Origin: a virus
Taxonomy: Duplodnaviria; Heunggongvirae; Uroviricota; Caudoviricetes
DNA: 22,019 bases
IMG/VR virus record: IMGVR_UViG_2585427746_000008
Direction: 5' to 3' (one strand)
This document shows positions 8,328-14,318 of this stretch, in pieces. The translations under genes and the position numbers were made by a program. The notes under the pieces were generated by a model. It did no database searches and was not told where the DNA came from. It saw only the letters and a list, made by a program, of their open reading frames with translations. Numbering within the stretch: the stretch's first letter is position 1; each line of letters opens with the position of its first letter.

Positions 8328-8842
8328 TGTTCTTTAAAACATCGAACCCTTCCGCGCTGGCTGCGTGGCAAAAATATCAGCAGGACTGCCAGCAAGTTAA
8401 GGATGAGGCAAAACGCCTTGAGGCCGTGCTGAATGTTGAGTGCCGGTCGGTATTTGTATCCGGTATCAGCGGTTTTTGTTTTAAGGGGCTGCGTTTTACG
8501 AATGACAAATATCCTTTTCATCGTGATTTATGGCGAAAACCGACTGCGTCGAATGGCTGGAGCTGCACGCCGCGCACATCGCGCATTCCCAAAGCCCTGC
8601 GCACTGCCTCTGACGAACTGAACAGTCTGTGGCGTGAATATTCGCCCGTCACGTATGCCAGAACCGATGCCCTGTTGTTCTGGCTGGGCATTGATTTCTC
8701 AGCAATCCTGTATGGCCCTGTGGAGTGGTTCTGCGTTGACGATGTGATTTATCTTCAGTGCGGTGTAAAACCCGCAAATCAGAAAATGACCGAAATTCTG
8801 TCTGATGAGTTTTATGCTGCTGAAAAGCGAGTCAGGGGGTGA
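8327..8842 (+). CDS. hypothetical protein
   Basis: 171-aa ORF; its ATG overlaps the upstream TAA (GTAATG) and is preceded by GGAGGTG. Confidence 0.55.
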   Translation: MFFKTSNPSALAAWQKYQQDCQQVKDEAKRLEAVLNVECRSVFVSGISGFCFKGLRFTNDKYPFHRDLWRKPTASNGWSCTPRTSRIPKALRTASDELNSLWREYSPVTYARTDALLFWLGIDFSAILYGPVEWFCVDDVIYLQCGVKPANQKMTEILSDEFYAAEKRVRG

Positions 8843-8845
8843 TGC

Positions 8846-9397
8846 ATGATGAAATTACAACCCATGGGGCGAAAAGGTCGTGCACCTGCTCATGTCCGCC
8901 CGTGGACACCTGAAGAAGATGCGCTGCTGATTGCGCTTTATTCCTCCACCCCGGTTAAGGATATTGCCGCCAGAATAAAAAGAAGTGTCTGGGCCGTATA
9001 TAACCGGACTGGCGTATTGCGCAGTACATACCCGGAGTTGCTGAAATATAAACGACCGCGATTTACACCTGATGAAGATAAATTTATCCGAAAAAATGCC
9101 CGGACAATGACCTGCCAGCAAATGGGGGATTATCTCGGACGTAATAAAGACTCTGTCAGGTGCCGCGCAGGAATGATTGGTGCCGGATTAACAAAGTGCG
9201 GTGAGTTACGCCCCGGCACACGTATATCTGATGAGGATGTTCGTCTTATACGTGCACTACGGGATTCCGATTACCCTCGCCGTCTGTCATTCCGGGAAAT
9301 TGGCGAAAAGTTTGGCATATCTGAACATTCTGCTCACGCTGTTTATTACCGTCGACGGACCGCCGAGGACGCTGTATTACGGGAGTTAACGCCATGA
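8846..9397 (+). CDS. putative DNA-binding protein with three tandem helix-turn-helix-like repeats (Myb/SANT-like)
   Basis: Three spaced repeats: WTPEEDALLIALY...IAARIKRSVWAVYNR, FTPDEDKFIRKN...MGDYLGRNKDSVRCR, ISDEDVRLIRALR...IGEKFGISEHSAHAVYYRR. Strong AGGGGGTGA RBS. Confidence 0.5.
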   Translation: MMKLQPMGRKGRAPAHVRPWTPEEDALLIALYSSTPVKDIAARIKRSVWAVYNRTGVLRSTYPELLKYKRPRFTPDEDKFIRKNARTMTCQQMGDYLGRNKDSVRCRAGMIGAGLTKCGELRPGTRISDEDVRLIRALRDSDYPRRLSFREIGEKFGISEHSAHAVYYRRRTAEDAVLRELTP

Positions 9398-9579
9398 TAA
9401 AGAGACTTGTATTTTTCGCAATTATCGTTCCAGTGTGGGGGACTGGTTTTATATTTGCGATTACAGGAAACCTGTCCATTATGCCTGACATTTGGTTCTT
9501 TATCAGGATGTCGCTCTTCCTGTTTATTATGGATTTTCTCATCGGTATATACATTCGTATTTCCGGGAGGCGTAAATGA
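9394..9579 (+). CDS. small hydrophobic membrane protein (61 aa)
   Basis: Almost entirely hydrophobic (LVFFAIIVPVWGTGFIFAITG and FFIRMSLFLFIMDFLIGIYI), consistent with two transmembrane helices. Lies in a low-GC segment; the start overlaps the upstream stop. Confidence 0.45.
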   Translation: MIKRLVFFAIIVPVWGTGFIFAITGNLSIMPDIWFFIRMSLFLFIMDFLIGIYIRISGRRK

Positions 9580-9950
9580 GAAAAATCACGTCCTTGTCAG
9601 AGTTACAGGAGATGAATATGAGCATTGAATTAAGAACGTCTTATGAATATCGTAAAATTCTTATCGCCGGAGGTATGAAACCGGAAGATGCGGAAAAAAT
9701 CGTTTCTTTTATGGATAAAGAATGTGACAAACGGGATGTGCCAGAAATTATTATGGATGACATGATTCTGGATTCAGCCGTAGCGTTAAGTCCGTTATGG
9801 ATTGTGCATTCTCTTGCAGAAATTGCCAGAGGCACCGATAAAATGGCTGCTGTTGCTGCCCTTCAGACGCTTAATGAAATGCGTATATCTCCACGCCCGA
9901 CATTAATACATATGATTCTGTCCAGCATGGAGGATAAAGCTAATGAATAG
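9576..9950 (+). CDS. hypothetical protein (124 aa) in low-GC island
   Basis: GGGAGG RBS upstream; start overlaps the upstream stop (ATGA). Confidence 0.5.
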   Translation: MRKITSLSELQEMNMSIELRTSYEYRKILIAGGMKPEDAEKIVSFMDKECDKRDVPEIIMDDMILDSAVALSPLWIVHSLAEIARGTDKMAAVAALQTLNEMRISPRPTLIHMILSSMEDKANE

Positions 9951-10140
9951 TCTACCCGCTGGATGGGCGCGGCCATTGATGGCTAAGAAGCATCATTTTT
10001 TTAAAACAGGTGAAAATATCAGTATATGTGGGCGGTGGTTATATCTGGCTCATAATCGCGAGCCGGATACATTTGAAAGCCCTGATGACTGTGCCGAATG
10101 CCGCAGAAGACTGAATAAGGAGAAAGATAATGGACAGTAG
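9943..10140 (+). CDS. small Cys-containing protein, possible zinc-ribbon (65 aa)
   Basis: GGAGG RBS upstream. A Cys in ...SICGRW... and a later CAEC pair, about 20 residues apart, suggest a metal-binding knuckle. Confidence 0.4.
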   Translation: MNSLPAGWARPLMAKKHHFFKTGENISICGRWLYLAHNREPDTFESPDDCAECRRRLNKEKDNGQ

Positions 10141-10426
10141 TTCGCAGTTGTTCTGGTGTTTATATATCACATCGTTTTTCGGTGCATTCGTCATTACACG
10201 ATGGCTGTGCCGGAAAGTTATCAGTATTTTTCATAAAAAATACCTGATTGGGCTGGCGGCGGCTTCTCTGATTAATGCACTTGCCAGATATCATAAGGGG
10301 GAATACTACTCAAGAATAAAAACTGTTGATGGTTTTAATATTTTTGTGATTCCTCCGGAGTATCGGGTTCAGCTCGATCGGGAAAATAAAATCTATCATA
10401 TCAGCAGGAGTGTTGATACAGCATGA
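10130..10426 (+). CDS. small membrane-anchored protein (98 aa)
   Basis: AAGGAGA RBS upstream. N-terminal hydrophobic helix LFWCLYITSFFGAFVITRWL. Low-GC sequence. Confidence 0.5.
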   Translation: MDSSSQLFWCLYITSFFGAFVITRWLCRKVISIFHKKYLIGLAAASLINALARYHKGEYYSRIKTVDGFNIFVIPPEYRVQLDRENKIYHISRSVDTA

Positions 10427-10932
10427 GAGGGAAACTGATATCCGCCATTCATGTGGCAAAGCGCGAGCTTGCCCTGGATGATGAAACCTATACATTCGTG
10501 CTGCTGGCAGCCACCGGCAAATCCAGTTGCCGGGATATGTCACCGGATGAGTTATCCCGCGTGCTGGATGTTTTCAAAAAACGCGGTTTTAAAGTGCGTC
10601 AGAAACCGGTTAACCGGGCCTTAAAACCGGGTACGGTGACCGCCAAAATTCGCGCCATCTGGAAGGTAATGCACCGGCAGGGCTTTATCGCTGATGGCGG
10701 GGAAACGGCCCTTAACCGCTGGGTGAAGTCGCAGACGGCCGCGCAGAACGGTGGCGAAGGTGTGGCTAACTGGCAGTGGCTGGAGCAACACCCCGCACTG
10801 GCCTCGGATGTGCTGGAGCGTCTCAAACGCTGGCACCGTCGCAAGATGCTGGATGTGCTGGGGATGTCAGCGCGTACAGTGATGAGTTATGAGCGCGTTT
10901 GCAGGCTGTATGAAGAATCCTCCCCTTTTTAA
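10423..10932 (+). CDS. gemA: GemA-like protein (Mu gp16 family)
   Basis: N-terminus LISAIHVAKRELALDDETY...ATGKSSCRDMSPDEL is characteristic of the Mu gp16/GemA family as I recall it. It is the last gene before the early terminator, as in Mu. Confidence 0.7.
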   Translation: MRGKLISAIHVAKRELALDDETYTFVLLAATGKSSCRDMSPDELSRVLDVFKKRGFKVRQKPVNRALKPGTVTAKIRAIWKVMHRQGFIADGGETALNRWVKSQTAAQNGGEGVANWQWLEQHPALASDVLERLKRWHRRKMLDVLGMSARTVMSYERVCRLYEESSPF

Positions 10933-10936
10933 CCCC

Positions 10937-10968
10937 AAATCCCGCCACAGCGCGGGATTTTTATTTTA
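10937..10968 (+). terminator. Rho-independent terminator ending the early operon
   Basis: 9-bp stem AAATCCCGC / GCGGGATTT (10937-10945 and 10952-10960) with a 6-nt loop, followed by TTATTTT. Confidence 0.7.
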
Positions 10969-11002
10969 AACTTGCCCTGTGTAATGATGACCGGAGGCGG
11001 GT

Positions 11003-11425
11003 ATGGCTGAAACACAGATGAGCATGTTTGGTGACAGCGAACAGCTGCACGCGCTGATTGACCGTCTGGATGATATTCCTGATGATGAGCTGAAAAAGAA
11101 CTGGCCCGGCACGCTGCGGGACCTGGTTGATGTGATCAGTGCTGAACTGCACCGTCAGGGGATTGAACCTGCTCAGGCGGGAATGCTTGCCCGTAAGGTT
11201 GCAGCCGCACAGGCCGGGTACATGGGCGGGCGTGGTTATTATCTCCCGGTCGGTGAATCCCTTTTCACCGAACTGCGCAATAATGAAATTTTTTCCCGCT
11301 GGAGCCAGGGCGAAAAAATTGAAACCCTGCGCCGCCACTACCAGATGTCAGAGACGCAGATTTACTCCGTTATCCGCAACCAGCGTCGCCTGCATCAGGA
11401 ACGCACGCAGCCACGGCTTTTCTGA
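11003..11425 (+). CDS. Mor/C-family transcriptional activator
   Basis: 140 aa with a C-terminal HTH (ETLRRHYQMSETQIYSVIRNQRRL) resembling Mu Mor/C, including the conserved YLP..G motif (GRGYYLPVGESL). Located after the early terminator and before the lysis genes; GGAGG RBS. Confidence 0.75.
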   Translation: MAETQMSMFGDSEQLHALIDRLDDIPDDELKKNWPGTLRDLVDVISAELHRQGIEPAQAGMLARKVAAAQAGYMGGRGYYLPVGESLFTELRNNEIFSRWSQGEKIETLRRHYQMSETQIYSVIRNQRRLHQERTQPRLF

Positions 11426-11496
11426 TATTCCGCAAATCCTGCCCACTTTTTCCCACGGTTACGCTGACTCAGAGAACACCATGAGACAGCGTAACA

Positions 11497-11997
11497 ATGC
11501 CAAAACTCCCCGCACCCCTGCGTAAAAAGCTGATTGCCCTTGTTCTGGCCGGAGCCGGGACGTTCACCATTGCCACGCACTACACCGGCTACTGGGAAGG
11601 GAAAGAAAACACCACGTACATTGATCCCACCGGCACCCCCACCATCTGTTACGGCCATACCGGCCCGGATGTGAAACCGGGGATGACAAAAACTGATGAA
11701 GAGTGTCTGGAGCTGCTGGAAAAGGACATGAAATGGGCCTTTGCGGCTATCGATCGTCATGTTCAGGTGCCGCTTACCCGTGGTCAGACGGTGGCGCTGG
11801 CCTCCTGGATTTTCTGGGCCGGTGAAACGAACTTTCGCAACTCCACGCTCCTGCGCCTTATCAATGCCGGGCAGATGCCCGCGTCCTGTAAGCAGTATAT
11901 CCGCTGGATTTATTCAAAGGGGGTAAAACTCCCCGGTCTTGAGGCCCGCCGTTCGGCGGATGAATGGTTATGTCGTTACGATTTGCCGAAAGTCTGA
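11497..11997 (+). CDS. SAR endolysin (T4-type lysozyme fold, glycoside hydrolase family 24)
   Basis: N-terminal signal-anchor-like segment LIALVLAGAGTFTIA followed by catalytic-region motif YWEGKENTTYIDPTGTPTICYGHTG and NFRNSTLLRLINAG, resembling P21-type SAR lysozymes. Confidence 0.85.
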   Translation: MPKLPAPLRKKLIALVLAGAGTFTIATHYTGYWEGKENTTYIDPTGTPTICYGHTGPDVKPGMTKTDEECLELLEKDMKWAFAAIDRHVQVPLTRGQTVALASWIFWAGETNFRNSTLLRLINAGQMPASCKQYIRWIYSKGVKLPGLEARRSADEWLCRYDLPKV

Positions 11998-12074
11998 ACC
12001 GCTTCTGGCGACCGCTCATGATTGCGCTGCTGTGTGCCGTTGTGCTGCTGCGGGGTGTGCTGTGGCTGCGGTGA
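11964..12074 (+). CDS. candidate 36-aa hydrophobic peptide between endolysin and spanin genes
   Basis: Small ORF (MVMSLRFAESLNRFWRPLMIALLCAVVLLRGVLWLR) with one predicted TM helix, overlapping the endolysin 3' end. Not in the ORF track (under 60 aa) and no convincing RBS. Confidence 0.2.
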   Translation: MVMSLRFAESLNRFWRPLMIALLCAVVLLRGVLWLR

Positions 12075-12109
12075 ACAATCCCTTACCGGCCCTGATTGCC
12101 GGAGGCTGT

Positions 12110-12460
12110 ATGGCGGCGCTGGGGGTGATGAGCGTGCTGGCTGCCGTGGTATGGGGAATGCACCAGAAGACGCAGCGCCTTGAGGACAATAATCATGTGC
12201 TTGTGCGTGAACGGGACGAAGCCCGTCTGGTGCTGGCAAACCAGCAACGCACCCTGCAACTCATTTCACAAATCAGCAAGGCGGCCACGAATGAAAAGCA
12301 ACAGAACATTCAGCACAGCGAGGAACAGCAGAGCGTTGTCCGCCGGTCGCTGGCAACAGTGCCTGCGGCCTCTGTTCCTGTGCCTGATGATGTGGCTGAG
12401 CGGGTGCGCCGGGCCGTCTGTGAAATACGTGCCTGTGCAGCCGGTTCCGATCCCCGCTGA
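12110..12460 (+). CDS. i-spanin (Rz-like inner-membrane spanin subunit)
   Basis: N-terminal TM helix AALGVMSVLAAVVWGM followed by a charged helical periplasmic region. GGAGG lies 4 nt upstream of ATG 12110. The longer ORF from 11939 lacks an RBS and overlaps the endolysin. Confidence 0.65.
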   Translation: MAALGVMSVLAAVVWGMHQKTQRLEDNNHVLVRERDEARLVLANQQRTLQLISQISKAATNEKQQNIQHSEEQQSVVRRSLATVPAASVPVPDDVAERVRRAVCEIRACAAGSDPR

Positions 12461-12662
12461 ATGGCTGGCTGACTGCCTGGTCCCTCCTGCGCCGGAGCCG
12501 TTCACGTTTGGGGCATCGGTCACTTACAACCTGCAACTGCTGGCGGTAATCAAGAACTGCAACGTGGACAAGGCCAGTATTCGTCGTCTGGAGGCGCGGC
12601 GACAACATGAATTTACTGATATGGCCGGAACGCCTGCTGTTCCGGCAGGAAAGACGAAGTAA
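12291..12662 (+). CDS. o-spanin (Rz1-like outer-membrane lipoprotein), overlapping the i-spanin gene in another frame
   Basis: Lipobox LSGC followed by a proline-rich mature region (SVKYVPVQPVPIPAEW...PPAPEP). Starts inside the i-spanin gene in a different frame and extends past its stop. The exact start is uncertain; ATG 12291 gives an unusually long leader and an internal TTG may be used. Confidence 0.6.
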   Translation: MKSNRTFSTARNSRALSAGRWQQCLRPLFLCLMMWLSGCAGPSVKYVPVQPVPIPAEWLADCLVPPAPEPFTFGASVTYNLQLLAVIKNCNVDKASIRRLEARRQHEFTDMAGTPAVPAGKTK

Positions 12663-12669
12663 GGAAAAA

Positions 12670-12900
12670 GGTATGGATGATTCAGATTGTGCTCAGGCTG
12701 TCATGGAGCGGGCAACAGAACGCGCCCTTTGTGACCGGCTGACACGTAAGCGCCGGGTGGCGGAGACACCGGGCAGGCGTGTATGCGCGGACTGCGGGGG
12801 TGACATTCCGGCTGCCCGTCTGGTTGCCGTGCCGGATGCCATCCGTTGTGTGAACTGCCAGAACATCATGGAGGCCGGTCATGTGGGTCAGCATCGTTAA
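12670..12900 (+). CDS. TraR/DksA-family C4 zinc-finger protein
   Basis: CxxC...CxxC pattern CADCGGDIPAARL...AIRCVNCQ typical of phage TraR-like proteins. AAGGAAAAAGG RBS before ATG 12670. Confidence 0.7.
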   Translation, partial: GMDDSDCAQAVMERATERALCDRLTRKRRVAETPGRRVCADCGGDIPAARLVAVPDAIRCVNCQNIMEAGHVGQHR

Positions 12901-13192
12901 AGATTATGTTGTGCCGATCCTGTCGGCAACGGCCACGGCCGGGGGGATCTTCATGGCGCTGATGCGCAAAACCTTCGTCCCCCGCGAGGCCTTTGAAAAA
13001 CTCTCCGATCGGGTTGAGCGGGTGGAGAGCCGGATTTCCGGCCTGCCCACGCAGCAGGAGGTGAACAGACTCAATATCGAAATCACCACCCTGCGCGGTG
13101 AGCTAAAGGCCACCAACGCCACCCTGAAATCCGTCTCTCATCAGAACGAACTGCTGCTGGAGCAGGCTGTAAGGAAAAAACACAATGAGTGA
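12881..13192 (+). CDS. membrane-anchored coiled-coil protein, candidate releasin (Mu gp25-like)
   Basis: N-terminal TM helix (VVPILSATATAGGIFMAL) followed by a heptad-rich helical region. Its position after the spanins and TraR-like gene matches Mu gp25. Confidence 0.5.
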   Translation: MWVSIVKDYVVPILSATATAGGIFMALMRKTFVPREAFEKLSDRVERVESRISGLPTQQEVNRLNIEITTLRGELKATNATLKSVSHQNELLLEQAVRKKHNE

Positions 13193-13475
13193 TTTCATTA
13201 CTGAAGATCAGCGTCTTGTCATTCTGCGGTCGCTGGCGGATTACAACGGCGAACTGGGCGAATCCGTGCTTCAGGACTGCCTGGATGATTACGGCCACCG
13301 CGTGTCCCGCGACACCGTTCACACCCACATTGCCTGGCTTGCTGAGCAGGGACTGGTGCGTAAGCGCACGCTTGTTAACGGTTATTTCATCGCTGAACTG
13401 ACCGGCCGGGGTCAGGATGTGGCGGAAGGTCGTGCCACTGTTCCGGGTGTGAAGAAACCACGCGCAAGGGGGTAA
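13185..13475 (+). CDS. hypothetical protein, possible winged-helix (Mu gp26 position)
   Basis: 96-aa ORF with AAGGAAAAAA RBS; its start overlaps the upstream stop. Confidence 0.5.
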   Translation: MSDFITEDQRLVILRSLADYNGELGESVLQDCLDDYGHRVSRDTVHTHIAWLAEQGLVRKRTLVNGYFIAELTGRGQDVAEGRATVPGVKKPRARG

Positions 13476-13477
13476 CG

Positions 13478-14059
13478 ATGGATAAGCCGACGCGTGGCCG
13501 TGTACGCAAGGTGGATTTGCTCCCCGACAGCATTCGTAAGCCGCTGCTGGAAATGCTGCGTGAAAAACGCCTGACGCAGGTCCAGATCCGCGAGGAAATC
13601 AACCGTCTGATCCGTGAGGCAGGCCTGCCGGAAGAGCAGCAGCTTTCACCGGCGGCCATCAGCCGGGAAGCCTCCCGTAATGAGCTGATTGCCCGTAATC
13701 TGCGTGATTTACGCGAGCAGACAAAAGCCATGATGGCCGAACTGGGGGATAAGCCGACCGGTGAAACCACGGCACTGATTCTGGAGATGTCCCGTGCCCT
13801 GATGTACCGCCGTCTGCGTGCCGCCACCGAATCCCTGAACAGCGACAGCGATGTGGATATGCGCCTTATTAAGGACATCCTCCTGTCGGCACAGCGTGCG
13901 GAAAGTGCCGCCGAGCGCAGCATTAAGCGTGAAAAAGAAATCCGGGCCGCATTTGCTGAAGAGATGGCGAACGCCGTCACCGACGAGTTGCGCGGCGTGG
14001 ATGGCATGAGCGAGCAGATAGAATTCCGTATCAGGCAGATGCTGCTTGGTAAGGCGTAG
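13478..14059 (+). CDS. putative terminase small subunit (Mu gp27-like)
   Basis: N-terminal motif RKVDLLPDSIRKPLLEMLREKRLTQVQIREEINRL resembles Mu gp27-family proteins as recalled. Lies just upstream of the large terminase. Confidence 0.6.
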   Translation: MDKPTRGRVRKVDLLPDSIRKPLLEMLREKRLTQVQIREEINRLIREAGLPEEQQLSPAAISREASRNELIARNLRDLREQTKAMMAELGDKPTGETTALILEMSRALMYRRLRAATESLNSDSDVDMRLIKDILLSAQRAESAAERSIKREKEIRAAFAEEMANAVTDELRGVDGMSEQIEFRIRQMLLGKA

Positions 14060-14069
14060 GAGGTGAATC

Positions 14070-14318
14070 GTGGTAACAGATAACCGCTCACTGATGAGCA
14101 GTGCTCATCAGAAGGCATTCAGTCTTGCAACACAGTTACCTCCTGAAACCATAAAAGCGTGTCGTGAGTTGACTGAACTCAGCATTGCCGGGGAAATATC
14201 CCTGGAACAACTGCATTCGCTGCTGGCAGGGGCTGTCACTGATGAGTTGAGTGGCGTGGACGTGATGACTGAAGAGCTTGAGTTCCGAATCAAAAGCATT
14301 CTGACAGGTAAAGCCTGA
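14070..14318 (+). CDS. hypothetical 82-aa protein whose C-terminus duplicates the C-terminus of the upstream small-terminase-like protein
   Basis: Strong AGGAGGTGA RBS before GTG 14070. C-terminus AVTDELSGVDVMTEELEFRIKSILTGKA matches AVTDELRGVDGMSEQIEFRIRQMLLGKA of the 13478 product. Confidence 0.5.
   Translation: MVTDNRSLMSSAHQKAFSLATQLPPETIKACRELTELSIAGEISLEQLHSLLAGAVTDELSGVDVMTEELEFRIKSILTGKA

Noticed and set aside
11939-12460. Single 173-aa ORF spanning the endolysin 3' end through the spanin region
   Set aside because: The first Met has no RBS and overlaps the endolysin. A GGAGG-ATG start at 12110 yields a canonical TM plus coiled-coil i-spanin, so the upstream extension is probably untranslated in this frame.
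13387-14118. 243-aa ORF on the minus strand overlapping the small-terminase-like gene
   Set aside because: Antisense to a well-supported + strand gene. Its translation is low-complexity Ser/Arg-rich, typical of a spurious reverse-frame ORF in GC-rich coding DNA, with no RBS or partner genes on that strand.
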